Shown here one piece after another: positions 17,887-26,717 of a stretch of DNA of 64,000 bases. Each line of letters starts with the position of its first letter. The first letter of the stretch is position 1. Under the pieces are notes generated by a model. The model was given only the letters and a program-made list of their open reading frames with translations. It was not told the origin of the DNA and made no database searches. Location: positions 19,437 through 83,436 of IMG/VR virus record IMGVR_UViG_3300036886_000363. The stretch is one strand, 5' to 3'. Origin of the DNA: a virus. The position numbers were made by a program, and so were the translations under genes.

Positions 17887-18275
17887 GATTTCTCCTCCTC
17901 CTCAGTGATATTATATATCAGATTTTCGCTGTGGATAGATTTATTTTTCTTCTTGCCGCAGAGTGCATGTTGCCTTCTGAATTGATCGAGATATTCTTTT
18001 TCCAGATAAGACGGATGGATATCCTCGAAACACCATCTCTTTGCCCCGCACCAACATTCTGCGAGGAGCCTAAATTCAACTTCCTCTTCGACAATTGTTT
18101 CTACCCTTCCTCCCGGAATGACTCTTTTGACAATCCAGTTTTCAATCACATGATCCCAAACGATAAAGCGATCATCGTCAGGTAGAGTAATAATTAGAGG
18201 GCCTTTGTAATCTTTGCCGAAGTCTTCATGATCTTCAAAGTGTCTATGTCTTGCCATTAGCGCCTCCTTAGACAA
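17883..18275 (-). CDS. Hypothetical protein
   Basis: ORF track; gene packing. Confidence 0.55.
   Translation of the reverse strand: MSKEALMARHRHFEDHEDFGKDYKGPLIITLPDDDRFIVWDHVIENWIVKRVIPGGRVETIVEEEVEFRLLAECWCGAKRWCFEDIHPSYLEKEYLDQFRRQHALCGKKKNKSIHSENLIYNITEEEEKS
17908..17940 (-). promoter_or_regulatory. Class A promoter (variant, inside the upstream ORF)
   Basis: TATCCACAGCGAAAATCTGATATATAATAT. Confidence 0.5.
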
Positions 18276-18520
18276 TCAATGGCAGCTTGTATTCTGCCAG
18301 CAGCCCTTAGTGAGTTAAGTTTTTCTTTTAGTTTGATGAATCCCTTTTTGTCTTCGGAGGCGGCGAGGAAATAAGTTCCATCTTCTTCTTTGATATAATC
18401 AAAGAGATGATAGTCGTAGATTCTTTGCCCTGCAATTGTGTCGTGGATCTGATATCTTTCCGGGATTGGATTTCGAACTTCTGCAACGGGGATTTCATTG
18501 AGTCCTGTTGTTTTTGTCAT
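18257..18520 (-). CDS. Hypothetical protein
   Basis: ORF with AAGGAGG RBS. Confidence 0.6.
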   Translation of the reverse strand: MTKTTGLNEIPVAEVRNPIPERYQIHDTIAGQRIYDYHLFDYIKEEDGTYFLAASEDKKGFIKLKEKLNSLRAAGRIQAAIDCLRRR

Positions 18521-18532
18521 GGTCTGGCCTCC

Positions 18533-18724
18533 TTATCGTGGTGGTAAGTAATGAGTTTCGATACCGCACTTTTCCCGCCTGATAATTCTCCGGGCTTCCT
18601 TTTCAAGAACTTCAGAAGCGTAGGTGGCAGGCAATATATTATTTCGCTTTGCCTCTCTTTGCAAGGCTTTTTTTGCATCCACAGAGATATATGATCCCTG
18701 CACAACTCGTTTAATCCTTGGCAT
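18533..18724 (-). CDS. Ribbon-helix-helix-like small DNA-binding protein
   Basis: RVVQGSYISVDAKKALQREAKRNN...ASEVLE pattern. Confidence 0.5.
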   Translation of the reverse strand: MPRIKRVVQGSYISVDAKKALQREAKRNNILPATYASEVLEKEARRIIRREKCGIETHYLPPR

Positions 18725-19013
18725 TATCTATTCCCTCCTGATCGTAGAATTTTTCCCACTTCTTTGACTCTCCTTTTTTGCAAGTTTTGTAATGGACGAT
18801 GAGATCGGGATCATCGTCGGCAAGGGCTCCACAATTGATGCATTCATAGACATCCAGATTATCTGTGTGATGAATGACTTCAAGCTCATTGCATTTTTCT
18901 TTATCAATCAAAGTTTTTGTTTCTTGTTTGTGATCTTCCCATGTTCTTCTAAATTGCCAACCCAACCAAAAGGATATTCCGATAAGCAAAATCACTCCTA
19001 TTGCCAATTCCAT
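18711..19013 (-). CDS. Membrane-anchored protein with CxxC
   Basis: N-terminal transmembrane segment; YECINCG...H...C. Confidence 0.6.
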   Translation of the reverse strand: MELAIGVILLIGISFWLGWQFRRTWEDHKQETKTLIDKEKCNELEVIHHTDNLDVYECINCGALADDDPDLIVHYKTCKKGESKKWEKFYDQEGIDNAKD

Positions 19014-19164
19014 AATTTACCTCCTTATCCTTTTCCTTTATTAATTTTGAGCTTCATTTGATAGATGTCTTGTTTGCGGATTACTTTTCCTCCAGTTGCT
19101 TTAATCATAGCAAGATGCAAATGCCATGGGGCTTTGATCCATTCAGTTTTCATCTCTGCCTCCC

Positions 19165-19352
19165 TCAGGTTATTTCCCAGCAGATTAAATCCTCATCGAC
19201 GCGGACAAGTCTCAACTCTTCACCGTTTTTCTTTGGCTTGTTTTCTCTTGCCTCTTTTAGAGTCTCGTAGTTTTGCCCTTTTGAAACCAGTTCTCGCCTT
19301 TAAGGACTTCCCAGTGATAGCTTGTTTTGGTTAATTGGTAGATTCGTTTCAT
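19165..19352 (-). pseudogene. Small hypothetical gene with a 1-nt frameshift
   Basis: MKRIYQL...FQKG continues as NYETLKEARE...CWEIT only if one A is added to an A4 run; the repaired gene ends just before the next RBS. Confidence 0.45.
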
Positions 19353-19777
19353 GATTCCAAAGTCTCCTTTACAAAGTTTTTGAGATTGCGATTCATCTTC
19401 ATCATTAACTCGATGACCTTCTCTACTCCGGCAGTGCATTTGAATTCCCACTGGATTGGATTGCCGAGAAAGTCTGTCTCTTCATTCATCATCTCTTTGG
19501 CCAATCCTCCCGGGCTGATTGTGTAAGTATACCAGTTGGCTGGATCGATGAATCTTGCCTGACCGATAGGAGTTATTTTTTGCAAGAAACTTGACCATCT
19601 CGCAATTGTTGGTTTCTTGTTGTTGATATAGGCGACAACTCCCGGGTAATCATCACAATGATAGCAATGATCGTATCGGAGCATATCGCCTATTGGTAGG
19701 GTTGCCGGATTGAGTTGATCTTCGACTTCATACATCTCGATCTTTTTCACTATGATTTTTGTTGACTTCTTTTTCAT
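19349..19777 (-). CDS. Hypothetical protein
   Basis: ORF track; DMLRYD...PTIARWSSF. Confidence 0.6.
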   Translation of the reverse strand: MKKKSTKIIVKKIEMYEVEDQLNPATLPIGDMLRYDHCYHCDDYPGVVAYINNKKPTIARWSSFLQKITPIGQARFIDPANWYTYTISPGGLAKEMMNEETDFLGNPIQWEFKCTAGVEKVIELMMKMNRNLKNFVKETLES

Positions 19778-19998
19778 GATTTCTCTTCCTCCTTTATTTT
19801 ATGTTTGTTGAGAAGGGCAAGAGCTGTGCCATGCAGTCCTCTTCCCTTCTTGTAATACATCTCAAACCTGCGGGAAATATATTCCGATTTGAGATGATAG
19901 GTATATCTCTTAATATTGTCTGGCTCTTTAACGACAAATAGAGAGATATCAATCACGCCATCTGGATGTTTTACTGTTGCTTCATGAATCAAATGCAT
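19774..19998 (-). CDS. Hypothetical protein
   Basis: ORF with AAGGAGG RBS. Confidence 0.6.
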   Translation of the reverse strand: MHLIHEATVKHPDGVIDISLFVVKEPDNIKRYTYHLKSEYISRRFEMYYKKGRGLHGTALALLNKHKIKEEEKS

Positions 19999-20014
19999 TT
20001 GTCTTGCCCTCCTT

Positions 20015-20221
20015 TCAGGCTGACCCTTCTGTTCTCAGTGCTTCGGCAAGATCGCCCAGTTCGTTATATGCCTTGTCAAAAGCGCTTTCTACAAAGGGAA
20101 TCTTTTCTTCTTTAAAAATAGGCTCCATTATTTTTCGGATTTCGTTTTTTGGGATGTAAAGTGTTTTCTTTTGATTGGCGATGTCAAGGACAAAATCTGT
20201 GTAGTCAATTAATGTTGGCAT
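20015..20221 (-). CDS. Hypothetical protein
   Basis: ORF with AAGGAG RBS. Confidence 0.6.
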   Translation of the reverse strand: MPTLIDYTDFVLDIANQKKTLYIPKNEIRKIMEPIFKEEKIPFVESAFDKAYNELGDLAEALRTEGSA

Positions 20222-20242
20222 GATTGTCTCCTTTCTCTAAGT

Positions 20243-20644
20243 TTAAAAATCGAGGGCTCTTTTTAGATGCCCTTCCTGTGGTTTCGGTTTGTCTGGTTTC
20301 TTTTGAGGTATAAAGGGAGGATATTCACCCGGTCTTAAATCCCTTCGTTTGTTTGCCATGTCTTGTAAAGTTCGGGAAGTTTTTCGGAGAGGCTTCCCAT
20401 CCGATAATTTTCTTGCATCATATCGTCTGCGATCTGTATCCAGAGACTCTTTAATAGTTTTATTTCCCAGTGAAGACAATCTTCTCTCTGCAGCTCTTGC
20501 CAATGCAGGGTATCCAAATACTTCAGCTGCTTTTATGAAGCTTCTGAGCTTATCTGTCTTTGTGATTTTGTTGAGACGGGTAAGAAGCTGTCCGGTAGTC
20601 ATTTCTTGAAATCTTTTCCTTTCGTGATCCATCAGGTCTTTCAT
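20243..20644 (-). CDS. Basic hypothetical protein ending KRALDF
   Basis: Strong RBS immediately downstream of a hammerhead. Confidence 0.65.
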   Translation of the reverse strand: MKDLMDHERKRFQEMTTGQLLTRLNKITKTDKLRSFIKAAEVFGYPALARAAERRLSSLGNKTIKESLDTDRRRYDARKLSDGKPLRKTSRTLQDMANKRRDLRPGEYPPFIPQKKPDKPKPQEGHLKRALDF

Positions 20645-20675
20645 ATCTCCTCCTTTCTCTTCTCTAAGTTTTGTT

Positions 20676-20735
20676 TGATCTCATCAGTGCTGTCATTAAC
20701 AGCAGACCCGGGCATTCTATCCCGGGTTTCGATCT
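20676..20735 (-). ncRNA. Type II hammerhead ribozyme
   Basis: GATC-GAAA-CCCGGG/CCCGGG-TC-TGCTGT/ACAGCA-CTGATGA-GATC: complete core and three stems; predicted cleavage between 20705 and 20704. Confidence 0.92.
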
Positions 20736-20740
20736 TTGAG

Positions 20741-21625
20741 TTAGAATTGGATATCTCTCTTGAGTGGTGTATCAATGTAAGTATTGATCTGCTCAAGGAG
20801 CTTCTCCGCTACTTTGGCGACCTTCGTCTTCGTCTTGTCATTTTGCAGGTCTGTATCAGAGATGCTTGCCACCTTCAAATTTACCTCGCCCAGAGTTTCC
20901 GTGAGGGCTTTGTCTCCGGAGATATTGAGAACCGGGAGCAACGAGATCAAATCGCGCAGGCCTGACATGACAGCCTTATCTTCTTGAAATCTCATTCTAT
21001 CGGCGCTCAGGCGATCAACGATTGTCTTCACCGCCTCTGCCAATCTCTTCCAAAGATCCTTGGAGATATTGCCGTAACGATCAGAGATCGAGCCGACTAA
21101 GTTTTTCCTGACCTCTGCGAGAAGTTTTTTGTTTGCTTCGATTACAAAATGCCCGCTATTAGGAACCGGGAAGTAATCAATCTGGATCGACCACTTTGCC
21201 GCGAATTCGTCGAAGCTCAGATAATCATTTTCATCCCAGAGATCGCCCAGCGATGCCTTCGCCTTTACAAAGACCGCCTCTTGATACTTCGGTTTAAAGT
21301 CTATCAATTTGTCTTTCAATTCCTGAGAAAGCTCTTCATGGGTTTTGTTAAGTTTCTCCATGTTGGCGACGGGCAGCATCCGGACTCCTTTTGTCCATGG
21401 AACGGTCAGGGAATAAAACATCTTGAGCATTTTTCTTTGAGTATAATGGAGAGGTCCGGCATCTGTCAAGAGCTTCTTGATTACCCGGGCGCTGGTCTCA
21501 TCGGCATGCTTTCTCGTTGTAAGTTCATCGGAAGCTTCTTTGTCATGTTTATTGACACCAAACTCTGTCATGGTAAGGTCAGCCAGTACCGCCACTTTTC
21601 CTAAATCTTGAATTTCTTCTTTCAT
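20741..21625 (-). CDS. DUF3150-like protein
   Basis: KKLL...TVPW..GVRMLP pattern, helical; context next to an AAA ATPase. Confidence 0.5.
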   Translation of the reverse strand: MKEEIQDLGKVAVLADLTMTEFGVNKHDKEASDELTTRKHADETSARVIKKLLTDAGPLHYTQRKMLKMFYSLTVPWTKGVRMLPVANMEKLNKTHEELSQELKDKLIDFKPKYQEAVFVKAKASLGDLWDENDYLSFDEFAAKWSIQIDYFPVPNSGHFVIEANKKLLAEVRKNLVGSISDRYGNISKDLWKRLAEAVKTIVDRLSADRMRFQEDKAVMSGLRDLISLLPVLNISGDKALTETLGEVNLKVASISDTDLQNDKTKTKVAKVAEKLLEQINTYIDTPLKRDIQF

Positions 21626-21662
21626 GATTGTTCTCCTTTTTATATGAGTTGTAAGTTATTGG

Positions 21663-21863
21663 TTAGTGAGAATGTGCATGATCGTGATCGTGAGCCCCGT
21701 GATCGGCATCTGGATCCTCTTCAATAGTGACCTTGCCGCCCATAAGTTTATCCATCTTTGTGAGAAGCTCGTCAGCCGACATATGATTGCCGCTGCTGAT
21801 CTCAGATGTCGTGACAACGATCGTTCCGTCTTCCAATATTTTGAATGTGATGCTATCTGCCAT
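21663..21863 (-). CDS. DUF2997-like small protein
   Basis: ITFKILEDGTIVVTT...LMGG; His-rich tail. Confidence 0.55.
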   Translation of the reverse strand: MADSITFKILEDGTIVVTTSEISSGNHMSADELLTKMDKLMGGKVTIEEDPDADHGAHDHDHAHSH

Positions 21864-21874
21864 GATTGACCTCC

Positions 21875-22207
21875 TTAAAATCTTTGGAGCTGGAAAGTAT
21901 TTTCGTCCAGCTGATTTTTGAACCACTGATCCTCTTCGCTGATCTCATCAATGACACACTCGCTATATGTCCTCTTGAGCGAGTTGGAGAAGTCTGCAAG
22001 TTCTCTGTCATTCATGCTTGTGCTTTGCAGCATCCCGTTTCGGAGATCGATGACAAAAGAGTTGTATCCACCGCTATTTGCGACGATTGTATATCCATCG
22101 CTTCTCATATAATGTCCGAGTCCTTGTTTCTCCAAAGCCTTTTTCAGGATATCAATATTCTCAACTCTGAATTGAACTGTTGCTGTTCTTATCTCGTAGC
22201 AAGGCAT
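21875..22207 (-). CDS. DUF1257-like protein
   Basis: NIDILKKALEKQG...LKRTYS...; follows a Ycf46-like AAA gene. Confidence 0.55.
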   Translation of the reverse strand: MPCYEIRTATVQFRVENIDILKKALEKQGLGHYMRSDGYTIVANSGGYNSFVIDLRNGMLQSTSMNDRELADFSNSLKRTYSECVIDEISEEDQWFKNQLDENTFQLQRF

Positions 22208-22263
22208 ATTCTGTTCCTCCTCTAAGTTTTGTGAAGGGGCAGGGATGACCTGCCCTTGTTTGA

Positions 22264-23820
22264 TTACATATCAAGTTTGCGACCGGAAGATTTCTTTTCG
22301 GCGACGACCATTGCCTTTGATGCCGGGACTGTCCTGCCTTCCTTCCATTGAAGCAACCAATCGATATCTTCCTTCATAGTTTTGCTTATGGGAAGAATGA
22401 GCTGATCGGCGTCGTTGGCATCTTTGCCTTTTGAAATCTTCTTAGCTGCGAGCTTGCACCAAGTCTCAAGTTCTGCTCCCGACCACCCTTCTGTATCTAC
22501 TTTCGGGCATGCCTTTGCAGGCAGACCGTAGACTTTTTTGTGATGATTGAGAATCGCTTCTCTCTCTGCGATGTTCGGCAGATTGACAAAGATCGGAGCT
22601 GTATCCCACCTGCCTGCCCGTAAGTATTCAGCGGGCAGAGAGGAGATATCGTTGCAGGTCGCGAAGACAATTATTCCCGGGATCCGATTGCTCAGAAATT
22701 TAAGGAGCAGTGAATTGCTTCTGTCTGTCGATCCGCTATCTCCACCACCTTGTCTTCCCATCTTTGATGTTCCGGCTAATCCTTTTTCCAGTTCATCGAT
22801 GAAGACATAAATCGGATTTAATGGATTTGCATTGGCTGTGATGACTGCGATTGATTTCGCATAGGCATTCTCTTTCTGCCCGACGAGACCTTCACCTTGC
22901 ATCTGCGCCAATTCCCACTCGATGCACATTGTATCGTAATGCGCGGCGAGCAGCTGAACGAATCTTGATTTGCCAGTCCCTGGAGGGCCGACAAAGATCA
23001 TGCCCTTTGCATTTGGATCATCTCTCCACTCATCGGCTAATTCTTTGGCAATCTCGAAGCCAATCAGATCAGTGAGCTTGCCTGTATACTTACCAATCTT
23101 TAATCCGGGTGTTGAGTTGATCTCTTCAGCCCTCAATTCCTCGACTGTCTTTGGATCAAAGTATCCAGCATTCTTGACGAGGCTGTAAGAGAAAACTTTG
23201 ATGATCTCTGCGCTGCTCAGACCTTTCGCGCCGGCAATGATCCTCTGCTTATCTTTGGTATCTGGCTCTTTGAACTGTGGATTTCCCTTTGCCGAGTAAA
23301 CAATAAACTGATAAAGGGTCTCGATCTCTTTTTCATCGGGCAGGTCGTAGCTGACCTTTGCAAATTCCCTCTTGAGAATAGACGGGATCGCTTTATCGAA
23401 GCTTTCCTCTCCGACGATGATAAGTATCTTGCGATACTCGGGAGATGAAAACTTCGTCGATCTGTTTAGCAGCCATGCAACGGTCTCTTTATTTGACTTG
23501 CCGTATTGATCGACGACAAACCAGTTATAGTTTTTTGCGATCACGATTTGCCCGGCTTCGATCTGGTCTCTCTCCTCTCTGATATTTTCGAGGAGGTTAA
23601 TCATCTCTTTTGGATTGTTGTACTTGCTCTGCCCATTGTCTCCTGTCGACTCATAATCCCAAACGGCAACCCGATATTTCGTGCCGTTGGTGTTTGCCTT
23701 GAAATATTCTTCGAGGCTGTCTTTGACATCTTGGACTGTCTTGTTTGGTTCTTGAGTCTCAATGTAAAAATAAGCATATCCGCTCTTGATACCGAATATC
23801 AATTCTGATGTTCCTTTCAT
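22264..23820 (-). CDS. AAA+ ATPase (Ycf46-like, degenerate N-terminal AAA domain)
   Basis: GPPGTGKS, VFIDELEK, ATCNDISSLPAEYLRAGRWD, TEGWSGAELE. Confidence 0.9.
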   Translation of the reverse strand: MKGTSELIFGIKSGYAYFYIETQEPNKTVQDVKDSLEEYFKANTNGTKYRVAVWDYESTGDNGQSKYNNPKEMINLLENIREERDQIEAGQIVIAKNYNWFVVDQYGKSNKETVAWLLNRSTKFSSPEYRKILIIVGEESFDKAIPSILKREFAKVSYDLPDEKEIETLYQFIVYSAKGNPQFKEPDTKDKQRIIAGAKGLSSAEIIKVFSYSLVKNAGYFDPKTVEELRAEEINSTPGLKIGKYTGKLTDLIGFEIAKELADEWRDDPNAKGMIFVGPPGTGKSRFVQLLAAHYDTMCIEWELAQMQGEGLVGQKENAYAKSIAVITANANPLNPIYVFIDELEKGLAGTSKMGRQGGGDSGSTDRSNSLLLKFLSNRIPGIIVFATCNDISSLPAEYLRAGRWDTAPIFVNLPNIAEREAILNHHKKVYGLPAKACPKVDTEGWSGAELETWCKLAAKKISKGKDANDADQLILPISKTMKEDIDWLLQWKEGRTVPASKAMVVAEKKSSGRKLDM

Positions 23821-23862
23821 GGCTTTTCTCCCTTTAAGTTTTGTCTGAGTTATTTGTTCATT

Positions 23863-24213
23863 TTATAGTTTTTCATGTATCTTCTGGATCTCTCTCCATG
23901 AGAGACTATTGAAACATTCTTCGCTGCAAAAATCTCCCTTATTTGTTTTTTTGTAGGCTTCATTGTGGAATAAGAATTGACCGCATACAACACAGGAATT
24001 TTCATAATCTTCTTTTTTATTGATTTCTTTGTCCATCAGATTTTTCAGCTCGGTGTAAATCAGGCTCTTGCATGTCTGGTGGCTAAGCTTATCCAGATCA
24101 TAATTGTAATCCATCAAAAGTTCTGTGATGTCATCTGTCCATGAATCTTCGAGTTTGTCGAAGAGATATGCCGCTAATTGATCGATCGTCTTTTTTGTAA
24201 GTTTTGTCTTCAT
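23863..24213 (-). CDS. Hypothetical protein with C-terminal CxxC...FCSEEC
   Basis: ORF with GGAGG RBS before MKTKLTKK. Confidence 0.6.
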   Translation of the reverse strand: MKTKLTKKTIDQLAAYLFDKLEDSWTDDITELLMDYNYDLDKLSHQTCKSLIYTELKNLMDKEINKKEDYENSCVVCGQFLFHNEAYKKTNKGDFCSEECFNSLSWREIQKIHEKL

Positions 24214-24320
24214 GATTATCTTCCTCCCTCTCTTAAACAAGCGTGCATGAAAATGATTATCCAAATAACTAAACCGCCCATCATTGCCGCAAATCCTGTC
24301 ATGATATTTTCCTCCCTAAG

Positions 24321-24545
24321 TTATGCTCCGATTGTTAAGTAATAACCGGCGGCTGTTACTCTGATTTTGCCGTTTGGCTTGTTGATAAATAATGGACATG
24401 ATCCGGTAAAATGGATGATTGCCTCTGCAATCAGGTCCAGATTCTCTTTTGAAGAAATTGTTGAGTTTATCCGGTTTTTCCAGTTCTTTTTATTGCTGAC
24501 TTTGTTAAACGCTTCTTTCAATTGTTCCTGAGAATATTTTTTCAT
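24321..24545 (-). CDS. Hypothetical early protein
   Basis: First gene after the hammerhead; NWKN.I...EAIIHFTG...AAGYY. Confidence 0.65.
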   Translation of the reverse strand: MKKYSQEQLKEAFNKVSNKKNWKNRINSTISSKENLDLIAEAIIHFTGSCPLFINKPNGKIRVTAAGYYLTIGA

Positions 24546-24569
24546 GATCTTTTCCTCCAAAATTTATTT

Positions 24570-24625
24570 TGATCTCATCAGTGCTGTCATTAACAGCAGA
24601 CCCGGATTTAACCGGGTTTCGATCT
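24570..24625 (-). ncRNA. Type II hammerhead ribozyme
   Basis: GATC-GAAA-CCCGG/CCGGG-TC-TGCTGT/ACAGCA-CTGATGA-GATC; predicted cleavage between 24599 and 24598. Confidence 0.92.
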
Positions 24626-24771
24626 AATAACCTCATGGGAGATTTCCAGTCATCCCTCAGATCAAGACTTGATGTTGCCCTGCCAACCTTCTGGCAGGAT
24701 CGGCGTTGGATCGCCTCTCTCTGATTATGTGCATGTTGTTTTTTTCTTGATCCCTCTGTCTTGTTGACCTA

Positions 24772-24800
24772 AATATATGATATTGAGATGTTCATGTCAA
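24772..24800 (-). promoter_or_regulatory. Sigma70-type leftward early promoter
   Basis: TTGACA-17 nt-TATATT. Confidence 0.8.
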
Positions 24801-24931
24801 CATAATTCTGCATCCCAAACGAAAAAAGATTGTATATAATATCACATAGTTAGCTCAATATATTTTAAAAATCCTTTAAAAAACAGCTGTTTCCGGCGAA
24901 AACAGAGGAAAAATCAGGTTTCTGCCATACC

Positions 24932-24976
24932 AAATAATAAATTTACAGACGAGGGAAAATCGTTTATATAGATAGG
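24932..24976 (+). promoter_or_regulatory. Class B promoter upstream of terS
   Basis: TTTACA-17 nt-TATATA; about 45 bp almost identical to 46724-46768. Confidence 0.8.
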
Positions 24977-24985
24977 GAGACAATC

Positions 24986-25582
24986 ATGAGTAGCACAGAT
25001 ATCGAAGTAGTTTATAATTTCATCGATGAGGAAGAGGATCCTCAAATCAAAAAGAAAACCAAGAAAGAATCCAAAACCAAAACAGAGGAGAAAAAGAAAA
25101 ATGGCAGACCTTCCCTATACTCAGAGGAGCTTGCAAACAAGATATGTCAATGGCTGAGTGAAGGGAAATCTCTTACAAGTCTGTGCAAACAAGACGACAT
25201 GCCGACATACGCAACTGTGATGAATTGGTTGTGGAAGGAATCTGATTTCAAGAAGGGGTTTTTAGAGAGATACGAGACAGCCCGTGAGCAGCAGGCAGAA
25301 TGCCTGGCTGACGAGTTGATAGACATAGCGGATGACGGGACAAATGATTACATGGAAAAGACCAGAAAGGACGGATCCAAATTTATCGTTGTTGATGGGG
25401 AGAATATACAGAGGAGCAGATTGCGGGCTGATACGAGGAAATGGATTGCAGCCAAGCTGAGGCCCAAGAAGTATGGAGACTCTTCCCAGTTGAAACTGAC
25501 AGATGGAGAAGGGACGGGCTCTGCCATTTTCAAAGTTATTTATGAGAATCGCCCGATACCAAAGAGAGAGGACGGATTATGA
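24986..25582 (+). CDS. terS: Terminase small subunit (Sf6 gp1-like)
   Basis: GRPSLYSEELANKIC...MPTYATV..W; RSRLRADTRKWIAAKLRPKKYGD. Confidence 0.9.
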   Translation: MSSTDIEVVYNFIDEEEDPQIKKKTKKESKTKTEEKKKNGRPSLYSEELANKICQWLSEGKSLTSLCKQDDMPTYATVMNWLWKESDFKKGFLERYETAREQQAECLADELIDIADDGTNDYMEKTRKDGSKFIVVDGENIQRSRLRADTRKWIAAKLRPKKYGDSSQLKLTDGEGTGSAIFKVIYENRPIPKREDGL

Positions 25583-25983
25583 AATATATCGTAGAGAAGA
25601 GGAGAGATAAGGATTTATGGTTGGTGATTCCTTTTCAAGAAATGGCTGAAGGAGATATTGTCAGATTCCGTTTCCCCGACACCCTTGAATTAGTTTCTCT
25701 CCTTGATGAAACGATATTTAGAGTGGCTTCTAAACCGGAACCATTCAGCGATCCAAATAATCCAGATGTGGAATGGATGGTCGAGATTGATGTCGGGAAT
25801 CTTACTGTCTTGCAATCAAATGACAGGATCGTAGATCCGAGAGATGTCCCCGAAAATTATGTTTATTTTGGGACTGCGGCAATCCCAGCCTTTAAAGGAG
25901 GAAGGGAATACGACGAAGAAGAGATTTCAGAACCTGTCAATCGTTTCAGAGAATCAATAATAAAAGGAGAACCCAGGCAATGA
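25579..25983 (+). CDS. Hypothetical protein
   Basis: ORF track; overlapping coupling with neighbours. Confidence 0.6.
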   Translation: MKYIVEKRRDKDLWLVIPFQEMAEGDIVRFRFPDTLELVSLLDETIFRVASKPEPFSDPNNPDVEWMVEIDVGNLTVLQSNDRIVDPRDVPENYVYFGTAAIPAFKGGREYDEEEISEPVNRFRESIIKGEPRQ

Positions 25984-26522
25984 AAATCCAGATAATAAAA
26001 GAATTGGCGGAGAAGGTGGAGAGGATTGATACTCTTATTGGAAGGAGGCAGTCTCTTCAGAAGGGGGTAAAAGAGATAGGATTGGCAGGATTTAAAAGAG
26101 ATAGTATTGAATGCGTGATGGTTCCGGCTGAAATATTTATGAGTGTCACAAAAGAAATCCTCTACTATTATGATAGAGAGATAGAGAGACAGAAAAAAGA
26201 GATCGAGGATTATCACGAAAAGCCTATCACTTATGGAAGACTTAGAGCAGAAGAAGGAGGGTCTCCTCGTCATTGGGATCCGGGTAAGCCTCCTCAGTTT
26301 CTTGCTGGGGTTGATCGCGGCCAGGAAAGGGATCAGGTAGTTGTTGCTCTTTGGGGAAGTGATCCTGCCGGGAATTTTAAATTACTCAGAATGAAGACAA
26401 CGGTTTATTTTTCGCAGGATCGCCCTTCAAGCAGAGAGATAGAAGAGCAAATCAGGGAAATGTGTATGGCAGAAAGTTTGTCAACAAAAGAAACAGAAGA
26501 TGTACTCAGATCCTTGAGGTAG
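25980..26522 (+). CDS. Hypothetical protein
   Basis: ORF track; ATGA coupling. Confidence 0.55.
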   Translation: MKIQIIKELAEKVERIDTLIGRRQSLQKGVKEIGLAGFKRDSIECVMVPAEIFMSVTKEILYYYDREIERQKKEIEDYHEKPITYGRLRAEEGGSPRHWDPGKPPQFLAGVDRGQERDQVVVALWGSDPAGNFKLLRMKTTVYFSQDRPSSREIEEQIREMCMAESLSTKETEDVLRSLR

Positions 26523-26525
26523 GAA

Positions 26526-26717
26526 ATGAAAAAGCAACAATTGACAATCGCAGAACTTGAAGCCCTTCTCGATCAGGATGAAGAGACGGCAATTGTTCTC
26601 TCTGCCGGAAAAGTTGATGATTATATCCGCTGCGATATAAAAATTACCAACGAAGAATTATGGGAAAGAGCAATGATGCAAGGAAGGCCATTACAAGTGA
26701 GGGTGGGGTATAAATGA
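26526..26717 (+). CDS. Hypothetical protein
   Basis: ORF track; RBS. Confidence 0.5.
   Translation: MKKQQLTIAELEALLDQDEETAIVLSAGKVDDYIRCDIKITNEELWERAMMQGRPLQVRVGYK

Noticed and set aside
19165-19352. Programmed recoding in this small gene
   Set aside because: A single missing A in a short run with no evident stimulatory structure; mutation or assembly error is at least as likely.
22233-22258. Intrinsic terminator after the AAA gene
   Set aside because: A GC-rich hairpin is present, but no U-tract follows on the coding (minus) strand; more likely a stability or processing hairpin.
24628-24725. SAM-I or other known riboswitch
   Set aside because: Scattered similar words (ATC.GAG, GCAAC) occur, but their order and the core pairings do not fit.
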